DNA of 64,000 bases from an uncultured Planctomycetales bacterium (GTDB taxonomy: Bacteria > Omnitrophota > Gorgyraeia > Zapsychrales > Zapsychraceae). Positions within the stretch are counted from its first letter, which is position 1. Each line of letters begins with the position of its first letter. The notes under the pieces are model-generated. The model was not told where the DNA came from and ran no database searches. It was given only the letters and a program-made list of their open reading frames with translations. The stretch is taken from contig CAZVZR010000002.1 of the NCBI GenBank assembly GCA_964630825.1, positions 19,648 through 83,647 on the forward strand, in the 5' to 3' direction. A program made the translations under genes and the position numbers. This document shows, piece after piece, positions 37,851-48,291 of the stretch.

Positions 37851-37879
37851 CCCGAGGAATACCTCGGGTTTTTTATTTT
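37851..37879 (+). terminator. Rho-independent terminator
   Basis: CCCGAGG-aata-CCTCGGG, then TTTTTTATTTT. Confidence 0.8.
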
Positions 37880-37904
37880 GGGGAAGGTTTTATCAGGGAC
37901 ATAG

Positions 37905-37950
37905 AAGCCCCTTGTTCAAAGAAGAACTTTGAATGAGGGGCTTTTTTTAT
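37905..37950 (+). terminator. Rho-independent terminator (extended imperfect hairpin)
   Basis: AAGCCCCttgTTCAAAGaagaaCTTTGAAtgaGGGGCTT, then TTTTTTATT. Confidence 0.65.
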
Positions 37951-38140
37951 TAAAACATTGTAAAAAAGGAGAAAAGGCAATGTATACACAACAAGAGAAG
38001 ATGGTAGGTCCGCTTTCTAGATTAGCCGTAGTTTTTGCTTCTAGCATTTCGATTTTGTCGATAGGTTTATTCATCGCCAGCTTGTACCGGCTTATTTAGT
38101 TTCAAGTTCAGAATGTAAAGTTTTTTAGGAGAGGTTACAC

Positions 38141-40639
38141 GTGAAAAAACCAACAATCGTTGTGATCGGTAACGGCATGGCCGGTGCCAGAGTCGCGGAA
38201 GAGATTTTAAAGCGCGATTCCCAGCAATTTAAAATTGTAATGTTCGGCGCCGAACCATACGGGAACTATAATCGTATTTTATTGAGTAATGTCTTGAACC
38301 AAACGCAACAACCCCAAGAGATTTTTATTAATCCGCTTACTTGGTATCAAGAGAACAATATCCAACTACATGCCGGAGTCAAAGCCGTTAAGATCGATCG
38401 TGAAAACAAAAAAGTGATAGGAATTAAACTCTCGGGACAAGATGTCCCTTATGCTGCTGAAATCAAAGAGAACAAAGAAACTGAATTTATTGAAGAACCT
38501 TATGATTATGTGATAATTGCGACCGGATCCCGCCCTTTTATCCCGCCTATGGAAGGACACGACAAAGAGGGTGTCTTCCAATTCCGCACCATAAATGATT
38601 GTTACCTGATCGCTGAATACGCCAAAAAGTGTCAGAAAGCGGTCGTTATCGGCGGTGGCCTATTAGGCTTAGAAGCAGCGCGTGGACTTATAACCCACGA
38701 TGTTCAAGTTTCAGTCGTTGAAGCAGCCCTCCAACTCATGCCGGCTCAATTGGACACTGAGGCGGCACAAATTTTAAAGCGAACGATGGAAGCGATGGGT
38801 GTGCGCGTCTTAACCGGCGCGTTGACAGCAAAGATTACAGAGAAGGATGGAAAAGCCGCCGGACTTCTTTTTAAAGACGGGAATATTTTGGAAACGGATA
38901 TGGTGGTTATCAGTGCCGGGATCCGTCCGATTACCGAAATTGCCAAGGTAAGCGGAATTGAAGTTAACAAAGGGATTGTTTGTAACGATCAGATGCGGAC
39001 CAGCGATGATAATATTTTTGCAGTAGGCGAATGTGTTGAGCATCGCGGGAAGATTTATGGGTTGGTGGATCCGATTTGGGAACAGGCCAAAGTCTTAGCC
39101 GATGTCATTACCGGAACAAATCCTGATGCAGCTTATCAAGGGTCTAAGACGGGGACGAAACTTAAAGTCATGGGTGTGGAATTAGCCTCCATGGGAGAAA
39201 AAGAAACTAATGATCCCAGCGATGAAGTTTTGGTGTACCGTGACCCTAATCGCGGGATTTATAAAAAACTAATTGTGCGCGGGAATAAAATCCATGGGAA
39301 CATTTTGTTGGGTGATGCCGAAGGCGCGGATAGTTTGTTGCAGCTTTTTTATAGTGAGAAAGATTTGCCGAAAAATCGCGGGGAAGTCTTATTCGGTTCG
39401 GTTGAGGGAACAACGCTAGTTAACGCTGCCGACTTGCCGGATACCGCCCAAATATGCAATTGTAACGGGGTATGCAAAAAAGAAATCATCGATGCTATTG
39501 AGGCAGGTTGTAAGAGTGTTGCGGGAGTTGGCGCCAAAACAAAGGCGGGCAAAGGGTGCGGCTCATGCCGGGGAATGATTGCGCAGATTATTGAAGCTAC
39601 CGCCGGCGAGGTTTCTTATGATGCCAGTGAACATTATTATGTCCCGGGGATTCGTTTAGAAAAGTCACAATTAGTCCGTGAGATCAGAAACAGAAAAATT
39701 AAATCGGTGAGCGGCGTCTTCGTGCAATTAGCCGATAGCAAAGAAGACGCGGACAGCAAGGTCGGTCTTGCTTCCTTATTAAAAATCTTATGGCCCAAAG
39801 AGTATGAAGATGAACGGGACGCCCGTTTTATTAATGACCGTGTTCACGCTAATATTCAAAAAGACGGGACATTTTCCGTAGTGCCGCGGATTTATGGCGG
39901 AGTGACAACACCTGAACAACTTATGCGCATTGCTCAAGCAGCGGTCAAATATAAAGTAAAAATGGTAAAGATTACCGGCGGACAACGGATTGATCTATTG
40001 GGCTTAAAGAAAGAGGACCTGCCAAAAATTTGGAAAGATTTGGATATTCCCAGCGGCCATGCTTACACCAAAGCTTTCCGTACGTGCAAAAGTTGTGTCG
40101 GGACGGATTTCTGTCGATACGGGTTGGGGGATTCGATTAGTTTGGCGCAGAAAATCGAATACCGATTTCAAGGAATCGAATCGCCGCACAAAATGAAACT
40201 AGCGACGGCCGGATGCGCGCGCAATTGTTCGGAAGCGTATGTGAAAGATTTAGGTGCTGTCGCTATCGGAGAAGAAAAATGGGAAATTTATGTCGGCGGC
40301 GCGGCCGGCGGTACCGTACGTAAAGGCGATATCCTTTGTGTCGTAGACAGCCACGATGAGGTTTTAAGATACATGGGCCGATTTATCCAGTATTACCGCG
40401 AGCATGGAAAATATTTGGAAAGGACGTATGGATTTGTCGAACGCATTGGGATTGATATTTTAAAAGGTATTTTAGTCAAAGACTCTTTGGGCATCTGTGC
40501 TCAGCTTGAAGAAAGAATTCAGGAAGCCGTCGAGGCTTATAAGGATCCGTGGAAAGAGGCCGAGGCCCCGGCCTATGATCATCAGTTTGAAGGGCCACGC
40601 ATCGTTGAAGTAATTCATGAGGTTAATAACAATGGTTGA
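38141..40639 (+). CDS. nirB: Assimilatory NAD(P)H-nitrite reductase large subunit
   Basis: GTG start 6 nt after AGGAGAGG. FAD/NAD Rossmann IVVIGNGMAG. BFD-like 2Fe-2S region CNCNGVCKKEI...GKGCGSCRG. Siroheme/4Fe-4S domain TCKSCVGTDFC...TAGCARNCSEA. Confidence 0.9.
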   Translation: MKKPTIVVIGNGMAGARVAEEILKRDSQQFKIVMFGAEPYGNYNRILLSNVLNQTQQPQEIFINPLTWYQENNIQLHAGVKAVKIDRENKKVIGIKLSGQDVPYAAEIKENKETEFIEEPYDYVIIATGSRPFIPPMEGHDKEGVFQFRTINDCYLIAEYAKKCQKAVVIGGGLLGLEAARGLITHDVQVSVVEAALQLMPAQLDTEAAQILKRTMEAMGVRVLTGALTAKITEKDGKAAGLLFKDGNILETDMVVISAGIRPITEIAKVSGIEVNKGIVCNDQMRTSDDNIFAVGECVEHRGKIYGLVDPIWEQAKVLADVITGTNPDAAYQGSKTGTKLKVMGVELASMGEKETNDPSDEVLVYRDPNRGIYKKLIVRGNKIHGNILLGDAEGADSLLQLFYSEKDLPKNRGEVLFGSVEGTTLVNAADLPDTAQICNCNGVCKKEIIDAIEAGCKSVAGVGAKTKAGKGCGSCRGMIAQIIEATAGEVSYDASEHYYVPGIRLEKSQLVREIRNRKIKSVSGVFVQLADSKEDADSKVGLASLLKILWPKEYEDERDARFINDRVHANIQKDGTFSVVPRIYGGVTTPEQLMRIAQAAVKYKVKMVKITGGQRIDLLGLKKEDLPKIWKDLDIPSGHAYTKAFRTCKSCVGTDFCRYGLGDSISLAQKIEYRFQGIESPHKMKLATAGCARNCSEAYVKDLGAVAIGEEKWEIYVGGAAGGTVRKGDILCVVDSHDEVLRYMGRFIQYYREHGKYLERTYGFVERIGIDILKGILVKDSLGICAQLEERIQEAVEAYKDPWKEAEAPAYDHQFEGPRIVEVIHEVNNNG

Positions 40640-40769
40640 ACTGTATCGTATCTTAGACTTTATCATGGACTCTTTTAAAATAGAGAAAATCTATTTTAGA
40701 GTTTTCATTTACCCGCGTACGGGTGTCAAAGTCATTTTAAATTAAGAATATTTTTGAGGGAGGAATCTT

Positions 40770-41123
40770 ATGGAAACACTCTTAATTGTTAATTTGGGAC
40801 ACATCAATGATATTCCGGTAGGACAGGGAGTCTGTTTCATTATTAAAGGAGAAGAGGTTGCTGTGTTCCGTGACCGGGACGGAAAGATTTTTGCGGTTGA
40901 AAACCAATGTCCGCATCGTCGTGGACCATTGGCGGAAGGCGTGATTGGCGGCGGCAAGGTCGTATGCCCCTTGCATGGGCACAAGTTTGACCTGGCAACA
41001 GGACAGGGCCATGAGCCGCGGGAATGTGTACGGGTTTTTAAAACCTGGGTCGACAATGAGCAGATCTTTTTGCAATATAGTAAATCAAGTCAATACGCTG
41101 AAGATAAAATGGCCATTTCTTAA
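40770..41123 (+). CDS. nirD: Nitrite reductase small subunit (Rieske-like)
   Basis: CPHRRGPL...CPLHGHKFDLATG Rieske-type motif pair. 117 aa. Confidence 0.85.
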   Translation: METLLIVNLGHINDIPVGQGVCFIIKGEEVAVFRDRDGKIFAVENQCPHRRGPLAEGVIGGGKVVCPLHGHKFDLATGQGHEPRECVRVFKTWVDNEQIFLQYSKSSQYAEDKMAIS

Positions 41124-41150
41124 AATAAAATAGTAACAAAAGGAGCAGTC

Positions 41151-42515
41151 ATGAATTCGTTAATGAAAAGATTTGTTAAAGAAGCTCAAAGAATGCGGTT
41201 CCTAGGATTGTTATTTGTACTTTTTGTGGGAATTTCTTTCTCTTCCGCCAAAGAGGTTGCCGCCGGAATGTTGGAAAAAGACGAATTGACCCTTGGTTTT
41301 ATTAAACTCACAGACTGTGTCGCACTTGTGGTAGCGAAAGAAAAGGGATTTTTTGAGGACGAAGGGTTATTTGTGAAACTCGAACCTCAGGCAAATTGGA
41401 AAGTACTGATGGATAGAGTTATCGATGGGCAACTTGACGGATCGCATATGTTGGCTCCGGCGCCGCTGGGACATACCGACGGAATTCTGACAAAATCTCA
41501 TATCATTGTTCCTTATGTAATGTCGGTTAATGGCGCGGGAATATCTGTTTCAAATGAAGTTTGGGCAAAAATGAAGCCGAATATTCCTTTGCAAGAAGAT
41601 GGAAAACCAGTCCATCCGATCAGTGCCGCCGCGATGAAACCAGTTGTTGAAGAATTTAAAAATGAGGGGAAACCTTTTAAAATGTCGATGACCTATCCGG
41701 TGGGTGTACATAATTATGTTCTGCGTTACTGGCTGGCCGCCGGCGGTCTTAACCCAGGTTATTACACCGCAACGGATACGACCGGCTTAACGGATGCGGA
41801 TGTGCAGCTTTCGGTCACACCGCCTCCACAGATGCCCTCGGTATTGGAAGCCGGGACAAGTAATGGCATTTGTGTCAATGACCCTTGGCATAAACAGGTC
41901 ATTGAAAAAGGTGTTGGCGTTCCCGTGACATCGAGTTATTTCGTTAATAACGGTATTTCCGATAAAGTTTTTGGTGTGACTAAGCAGTGGGCCGACGCCA
42001 ATCCCAATACGCTCAAAGCGGTCGTTAAGGCGTTGATTCGCGCCGGTAAATGGCTTGACGAGGATGTTAAAAACCGCGATGAGGCTGCCAAAATCTTATC
42101 AAGGCCAGAGTATGTGGGGGCAAATTATGAAGTTATCCGTCCTATGCTTGTTGGGAAGTTTGAATATGAAAAGGGGGATGTCCGCTCCGAACCCGATTGG
42201 GATGTTTTCTTTAGAAATAATGCCTCTTATCCTTATTACAGCGATGCTATTTGGTGGTTGACACAGGTGCGCCGGTGGGGGCAGGTCGAAAAGAAACCGG
42301 ATGAATGGTATTTTGACCTGGTAAAAAAAGTTTATCAGCCCGATATCTGGCTTAGCGCCGCCAAAGAGTTAGTTAAAGAAGGGAAATTAACAGAGGCCGA
42401 AATTCCCCAGACGGATGGATTTAAGGAACCTTCCGGTAATTTTATTGATGGGATTGTTTTTGACGGCCATACACCTAATGCGTATTTAGAAAAATTTCCG
42501 ATTGGGATGAAATAA
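41151..42515 (+). CDS. nrtA: Nitrate/nitrite ABC transporter substrate-binding protein (NrtA/CmpA family)
   Basis: Signal peptide. LGFIKLTDCVALVVAKEKGFFEDEGL core typical of NrtA. Confidence 0.8.
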   Translation: MNSLMKRFVKEAQRMRFLGLLFVLFVGISFSSAKEVAAGMLEKDELTLGFIKLTDCVALVVAKEKGFFEDEGLFVKLEPQANWKVLMDRVIDGQLDGSHMLAPAPLGHTDGILTKSHIIVPYVMSVNGAGISVSNEVWAKMKPNIPLQEDGKPVHPISAAAMKPVVEEFKNEGKPFKMSMTYPVGVHNYVLRYWLAAGGLNPGYYTATDTTGLTDADVQLSVTPPPQMPSVLEAGTSNGICVNDPWHKQVIEKGVGVPVTSSYFVNNGISDKVFGVTKQWADANPNTLKAVVKALIRAGKWLDEDVKNRDEAAKILSRPEYVGANYEVIRPMLVGKFEYEKGDVRSEPDWDVFFRNNASYPYYSDAIWWLTQVRRWGQVEKKPDEWYFDLVKKVYQPDIWLSAAKELVKEGKLTEAEIPQTDGFKEPSGNFIDGIVFDGHTPNAYLEKFPIGMK

Positions 42516-42535
42516 CTTTTTAAAAAGGAAAGTAT

Positions 42536-43510
42536 ATGAAAAATAAGATTTTTAACAAAAAAGGACAAGCAACATTGTCATTGGCTGTTCAATTACCATT
42601 GCAGAAATTTTGGGATTCTTTTGGGCTTCCTGCCTTGGCCTTTATCGTCTTCTTGGGGTTATGGTCACTGGCCTCTTCAAAGATTGAAACTAATTTGGGA
42701 GCATTGCCCGGGCCTAAAGAAGCCTTAGTCCAATTTAAGGAATTATGGAACGAGCATTGGAGCGAAAAGGCTAAAGCGCGGGAATTTTATCAAAAACAAA
42801 AAGAGGATAATGTTTTAAAACTTGCTCAAGATCCGCAAGCTAAAGTGAAAATCCGTAAATATACTGGCAAAGTAACATTTTTAAACCAAATTCTCACCAG
42901 TTTGTACACTGTATTTACCGGTTTTACCTTGGCATCCTTGGTGGCTATTCCGATAGGTATTATTTGCGGATTAAATCGTTCGATGATGTCAGCCTTAAAT
43001 CCATTCATTCAACTTTTTAAGCCAGTTTCCCCTTTAGCTTGGTTGCCTTTAGTCACCATTATGGTAAGTGCCGTCTATACCACCCAACAAGGCGGATTGG
43101 AAAAATGTTTTATTATATCTGCGATTACTGTTTCCTTGTGTTCGATGTGGCCAACCATGATCAATACGGCCCAAGGGGTTTCTTCCGTGGATAAAGACCT
43201 TATCAATGTTTCGCGGGTGCTGCAGCTGGGCTGGTTTACGCATGTTTTTAAAATTATTTTGCCTTCTTCCTTGCCGTTTATTTTTACCGGTTTACGCATT
43301 TCTTTAGGCGTAGGCTGGATGGTTTTGATTGCTTCCGAAATGCTCGCGCAAAATCCAGGATTAGGCAAATTCGTTTGGGATGAATTTCAAAATGGCAGCA
43401 GCCAATCCTTGGCGCGCATTATGGTCGCGATTTTGACGATCGGCTTTATCGGGTTCATTCTCGATCGGATTATGGTCGCCTTGCAGAAAGCGATGAGCGT
43501 GTACCGTTAA
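42536..43510 (+). CDS. nrtB: Nitrate ABC transporter permease
   Basis: Six TM helices. The EAA-like loop region precedes the ALQKAMS C-terminus. Sits between nrtA and the ATPase genes. Confidence 0.8.
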   Translation: MKNKIFNKKGQATLSLAVQLPLQKFWDSFGLPALAFIVFLGLWSLASSKIETNLGALPGPKEALVQFKELWNEHWSEKAKAREFYQKQKEDNVLKLAQDPQAKVKIRKYTGKVTFLNQILTSLYTVFTGFTLASLVAIPIGIICGLNRSMMSALNPFIQLFKPVSPLAWLPLVTIMVSAVYTTQQGGLEKCFIISAITVSLCSMWPTMINTAQGVSSVDKDLINVSRVLQLGWFTHVFKIILPSSLPFIFTGLRISLGVGWMVLIASEMLAQNPGLGKFVWDEFQNGSSQSLARIMVAILTIGFIGFILDRIMVALQKAMSVYR

Positions 43511-43529
43511 ATTTTTTAAGGACAATAAT

Positions 43530-44372
43530 ATGAATTTTTTAGAATTAAAAAATGTTAACAAAAGTTATGGTGCAGGAAAAAATCGTCTGAGCGTTCTTAA
43601 GGATATTAACTTAAGTATTGCACAAGGTGAATTTGTGGCCCTCATGGGATTTTCGGGAACGGGGAAGACAACCATCATCTCGCTTATCAGCGGTTTGTTA
43701 AGTCCGGATGAAGGGGAGGTTTTATTCCAGGGAAAACCGATCAAAGGCCCCGGCGCTGAGCGCGGGGTGGTATTTCAGAACTATTCTCTTTTACCTTGGC
43801 TTAATGTTTATCAGAACGTGGCGCTGGCCGTCGATAATATTTTTCCCGATTGGCCGTTGGAAAAACGCAAAAAGCACATCGAAAAATATATTGCGATGGT
43901 GAATTTAACTCCAGCGATGTCCAAGCGTCCAGGAGAACTTTCCGGGGGCATGCGGCAAAGAGTGGCTGTCGCCCGGGCTTTGGCCATGAACCCGGAAATT
44001 CTTTTATTAGATGAGCCATTAAGCGCTTTGGATGCCCTGACCCGGGGGACGCTGCAGCAAGAGATAGAAAAGATTTGGTTACGTGATCGAAAAACCGTGG
44101 TTCTTATTACCAATGATGTGGACGAAGGCATTTTATTGGCGGATAGAATCATTCCTCTGAAACCAGGAACAGGGACTACTTTAGGCCCTGCTTTTAAAAT
44201 TCCGTTTGAGCGCCCGCGCCGCCGCCATAGTTTCAATAATGACCCGCTATTCCGTCGAGTCCGTAATGATATTGTCAGTTACTTTATGGACCTTCGCGCC
44301 GAAACCAGAAATCATTCGGTTACGAACTCTTTACGTTTACCTACCCTAAGGCCTATGTACAAGGAAGATTAA
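43530..44372 (+). CDS. nrtC: Nitrate/sulfonate/bicarbonate-family ABC transporter ATP-binding protein
   Basis: Walker A GFSGTGKTT. Signature LSGGMRQRVAVARAL. Walker B LLLDEP. Short form without an NrtA-like C-terminal domain. Confidence 0.8.
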   Translation: MNFLELKNVNKSYGAGKNRLSVLKDINLSIAQGEFVALMGFSGTGKTTIISLISGLLSPDEGEVLFQGKPIKGPGAERGVVFQNYSLLPWLNVYQNVALAVDNIFPDWPLEKRKKHIEKYIAMVNLTPAMSKRPGELSGGMRQRVAVARALAMNPEILLLDEPLSALDALTRGTLQQEIEKIWLRDRKTVVLITNDVDEGILLADRIIPLKPGTGTTLGPAFKIPFERPRRRHSFNNDPLFRRVRNDIVSYFMDLRAETRNHSVTNSLRLPTLRPMYKED

Positions 44373-44373
44373 T

Positions 44374-45261
44374 ATGTTTCTAAAGACAGACGCGAGTTTT
44401 GTACAACCTTATTTATATTTTGATCATTTGACAAAAATATATCCGACCAAAGAGGGCCCTTATGTCGTTTTAGAGGAATTTAAATTAGGTATCAATAAGG
44501 GCGAATTTGTGTGCATCATCGGCCATTCCGGTTGCGGTAAGTCAACCGCCTTAATGATGTTAGCCGGTTTGGTAACGTGCACTGCCGGTGGGATTTTTTT
44601 AGATAAGCGTCTTATCAATGACGAGCCGGGCCCGGACCGCGGGGTTGTATTTCAGTCACCCAGCCTTTTTCCGTGGATGACGGCAATGGAAAATGTCATG
44701 TTGGGCGCGCGGCAGGTTTATCCGCATGCTAATCCCAAAGTATGTGCGGATATTTGTAAATATTATTTACACCGGGTTGGCTTAGGCGACTCGCTTCATA
44801 AAAAAGCTTCGGAATTATCGAATGGTATGAAGCAGAGAGTGGGTATTGCCCGGGCCTTTGCGTTGAAACCAAAACTTTTACTTCTTGATGAACCTTTTGG
44901 AATGCTGGACTCCCTGACCCGGGCAGAGTTGCAGGAAGTTTTGATGGAAGTTTGGCATACAGAAAAAATTACCGCTGTCATGGTAACCCATGATGTGGAT
45001 GAGGCAGTTTTTTTGTCCGACCGTGTGGTCATGATGACCAGCGGCCCCAAGGCCAGAGTTGGCGACATTCTCACCGTTGAGTTTTCCCGCCCGCGGCATC
45101 GCAAAGAAGTGATGGAACATCCTCATTATTACCCTTACCGAGGATACTTAGTTGATTTTTTGGAAGGGAGAGACCCTAAAGAAAATTTTTCTTTAGGGAT
45201 AAGACCGCCATGTCTTTTACATCAGGATGTGGTAAAGCCGGTTGTTGCCCTACAGAGATAA
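44374..45261 (+). CDS. nrtD: Second ABC transporter ATP-binding protein of the nitrate transporter
   Basis: Walker A GHSGCGKST. Signature LSNGMKQRVGIARAF. Walker B LLLDEP. Confidence 0.8.
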   Translation: MFLKTDASFVQPYLYFDHLTKIYPTKEGPYVVLEEFKLGINKGEFVCIIGHSGCGKSTALMMLAGLVTCTAGGIFLDKRLINDEPGPDRGVVFQSPSLFPWMTAMENVMLGARQVYPHANPKVCADICKYYLHRVGLGDSLHKKASELSNGMKQRVGIARAFALKPKLLLLDEPFGMLDSLTRAELQEVLMEVWHTEKITAVMVTHDVDEAVFLSDRVVMMTSGPKARVGDILTVEFSRPRHRKEVMEHPHYYPYRGYLVDFLEGRDPKENFSLGIRPPCLLHQDVVKPVVALQR

Positions 45262-45305
45262 GTTAATTTTTATCCCCAACTTTAATAAACAATGGGAGGA
45301 TCATT

Positions 45306-46640
45306 GTGAATCCATATAGAATAATTTTAGCGGCGGCACTTTTAACTTTGGTTGGCGTGCCGGTTGTTTATGCCGGGCCCCTTATCAACAAACATTTACC
45401 ACCGATGTTAAAGTCAGATATCGAACTGCGTCAGCGGATAGAATACCGCAATAATTTTGATTTTAATGACGCTCGCGATGATGAGGATGCTTTTTATTTA
45501 AAAAGGCTGCGGGTCAGCCTTAATTTTATTCCGGTCAAAGAATGGAATCTTTTCATTCAGGGACAGGATTCCCGTATTTTTGATTCTGAATACGTCAATA
45601 AGGCAACCTTTGAGAATCAAATGGATGTCCGTCAACTCTATATCAATTATGAGGATGCGGTGGCTTTTGAAACATTGCAAATCAATAAGGTTTCAGCACG
45701 GTTTGGCCGTCAGGAATTTTCTTACGGCGCACAACGCCTGCTCGGTGCTTTTAATTGGTCTAATCTCGCCCAGACCTTCGATGGTGTAAAGGCCGGGGTC
45801 CATTTTGTGCCTTTGCATGTTGGGCTGGAATTTTTCTGGGGGAACAAATCACCAATAAAAACGCCGCGGGAATTTGACGATTTGTTCGATGAAACCTCTC
45901 AAGAACAGATTTGGGGTTATTATGCCACGGCCAAGCCGTTCGGCGATACGATAGTGGAACATTATTTGATCAGCCGCAATACGGACAAAGTGGTGTCTTT
46001 CGGGCCCAGCGGCTCAGGTGACATTGAAGATTACACCGTGGGCGGCCGGATAAAGAATGCTTTTCCCAATGGGATCGATTATGAGTTAGAGGTGGCCAAA
46101 CAGTGGGGCGATTTTAAGAATTTGGAGGTCGACGGCATGATGACCATTGCCTTGATCGGTTATACGTTTAAAGCAATGGCCTGGAAACCGCGTATTGGTT
46201 TTGAATTTGATTACGGTTCGGGGGATAGTGACCGCAGCGACGGTAAAATGAGCACGTTTGATAATTTATATCCGACTAACCATCTTTTTTATGGATATGC
46301 CGATCTTATTAGTTTGCAAAACTTAAATGACTACATTCTCCAGTTTAATATGAAACCGAATAAGAAACTCAAAATTCAAACAGATTTCCATATGATGTAT
46401 TTGGATACCGTTAAGGATTCTTATTATTCGGTGGCCCGGGCAGTTGTCCGAACGGCGACATCAAGTAATGTCGATGATCATTTCGGGAACGAAATCGATT
46501 TTACAACGGATTATAAATTTAATGATAATTTGAGCTTTTTGTTGGGGTATTCCTATTTTATTCCCGGTCAGTACTTAAAAGATACTGGCGCTCATGATGA
46601 TACCCATTTTGCCTATTTCCAAACAACAGTATCTTTTTAA
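45306..46640 (+). CDS. Outer-membrane beta-barrel porin (alginate-export/OprO-like family)
   Basis: Signal peptide. Alternating amphipathic strands. C-terminal aromatic ...FQTTVSF. GTG start behind GGGAGGA. Confidence 0.7.
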   Translation: MNPYRIILAAALLTLVGVPVVYAGPLINKHLPPMLKSDIELRQRIEYRNNFDFNDARDDEDAFYLKRLRVSLNFIPVKEWNLFIQGQDSRIFDSEYVNKATFENQMDVRQLYINYEDAVAFETLQINKVSARFGRQEFSYGAQRLLGAFNWSNLAQTFDGVKAGVHFVPLHVGLEFFWGNKSPIKTPREFDDLFDETSQEQIWGYYATAKPFGDTIVEHYLISRNTDKVVSFGPSGSGDIEDYTVGGRIKNAFPNGIDYELEVAKQWGDFKNLEVDGMMTIALIGYTFKAMAWKPRIGFEFDYGSGDSDRSDGKMSTFDNLYPTNHLFYGYADLISLQNLNDYILQFNMKPNKKLKIQTDFHMMYLDTVKDSYYSVARAVVRTATSSNVDDHFGNEIDFTTDYKFNDNLSFLLGYSYFIPGQYLKDTGAHDDTHFAYFQTTVSF

Positions 46641-46643
46641 TTT

Positions 46644-48266
46644 ATGATCAAGGAATTAATCAATACCGATGTTGATAAAAAGACTTTTGCTTCAGCCGTC
46701 GAGCGCTTTGCTTCTTTGCATCAGACGCATCAAGTCAACAGCAAAGAAAAAAATTACCGCGAGCTTATTCCGCAGAAAGTTCCCGGCGTAGGGCAACAGT
46801 ATGCTTTTGAAGTGGATTTGGATAAATGCACGGGATGTAAGGCCTGTGTCACGGCCTGTCATAATGAAAATGGGCTTGATGAAGATGAAACTTGGCGTTC
46901 GGTCGGCCTTATCCAGGGAGGCACCAGTGCCAAGCCGGCGATTCAGCATATTACCACCGCGTGCCATCACTGCGCCGAACCGGCGTGCATGAAGGGCTGT
47001 CCCACGTTAGCCTATACGAAGGACGAAGCGACCGGCATTGTTCAACATTTAGAAGATCAATGTTTTGGCTGCCAATACTGTATTTTGAAATGTCCTTACG
47101 ATGTCCCCAAATATAATAAGAAAAGGGGGATTGTTCATAAATGTGATATGTGCATCGGCCGTTTAAGTGCCGGGCAAGCTCCCGCTTGTGCCCGCGCCTG
47201 TCCCAATGGTGCCATCCGTATTACGCTGGTTGATAAAAAAGACGTTAAAGCTCATCCCGAAGAGTATGTGAAGGTTCCCGACGCGCCGGCTTCCGATTAC
47301 ACTTATCCGACGACAAAGTACATAACCAATCGTGTTTTCCCCAGCAATATGGAATCGGTGGATTATTATACGATTAAACCGGAACATTCACATTTGCCTT
47401 TAGTCTACATGCTGGTTTTGACCCAATTATCCGTAGGGGCTTTTTTCGCGGAATCCATATTGCGGCAGATTATCAATCCGTATTACAGCCATGCTTTTTA
47501 TTTATTTCAAATCCCTTTCGCGTTAGTAATTGGTGTCCTGGCCTTGGCCTCGAGCATTCTGCATTTGGGACGTCCGCATTTGGCTTTTCGGGCCATATTG
47601 GGTTTTAAAACATCATGGTTAAGCCGGGAAATTATCGCTTTGGGGATGTTTTCAATCTCAATGATCTTATACGCCTTGGTTCATTGGGTAAAATTTTTAA
47701 GCCCTTTAGCTGATGGATTGGCTTTATCCGTTTTCTTTTTCGGCGGGATGGGTATTACGTGTTCGATCATGGTCTATCGCGATACCAAGCGCCCTTTTTG
47801 GGATAACCATTTAACGACCATAAAATTTATATTAACAACGGTTATCCTGGGATCGGCGACAACTTTATTAAGTGCGGCTGTTTTGCGGTTTATTAGCCCG
47901 GAAATTTCCTTACTGAATATAGGAAAGATCTTTTGTGAAATGATTTGTTTAAACACCATTGCCAAGCTGATTATAGAATCCACGATCTTTCTGCATTTAT
48001 TAGAGCGCAACGGATTATCTTTTTTTAAAAAGACGGCGATTTTGTTAAGCGGGCCATTGAAAATACCAACGCGATGGCGTTTTGCCTGCGGTATAGTTGG
48101 GGGGATACTGCTTCCTTTTATATTTCTGCAAATGAGTATTGAAGCGGGGCGGGTTTTTGTCATTTTATCATTGTTGATTTTTGCCATCTCCCTGGCGGGA
48201 GAGTTGCTGGAACGGTATCTTTTTTTTAAAGCGGTGGTTCCATTGAAAATGCCGGGAGGGAATTGA
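46644..48266 (+). CDS. Fusion protein: a 4x[4Fe-4S] ferredoxin-type subunit (DmsB/PsrB/HybA-like) joined to a ~8-TM quinol-interacting membrane anchor (NrfD/DmsC-like)
   Basis: Four Cys clusters: [37 protein letters not shown] and [21 protein letters not shown]. From residue ~230 on, 8 hydrophobic helices. Confidence 0.8.
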   Translation: MIKELINTDVDKKTFASAVERFASLHQTHQVNSKEKNYRELIPQKVPGVGQQYAFEVDLDKCTGCKACVTACHNENGLDEDETWRSVGLIQGGTSAKPAIQHITTACHHCAEPACMKGCPTLAYTKDEATGIVQHLEDQCFGCQYCILKCPYDVPKYNKKRGIVHKCDMCIGRLSAGQAPACARACPNGAIRITLVDKKDVKAHPEEYVKVPDAPASDYTYPTTKYITNRVFPSNMESVDYYTIKPEHSHLPLVYMLVLTQLSVGAFFAESILRQIINPYYSHAFYLFQIPFALVIGVLALASSILHLGRPHLAFRAILGFKTSWLSREIIALGMFSISMILYALVHWVKFLSPLADGLALSVFFFGGMGITCSIMVYRDTKRPFWDNHLTTIKFILTTVILGSATTLLSAAVLRFISPEISLLNIGKIFCEMICLNTIAKLIIESTIFLHLLERNGLSFFKKTAILLSGPLKIPTRWRFACGIVGGILLPFIFLQMSIEAGRVFVILSLLIFAISLAGELLERYLFFKAVVPLKMPGGN

Positions 48267-48291
48267 TCTGAAAAATAAATTTCAAAACTTT

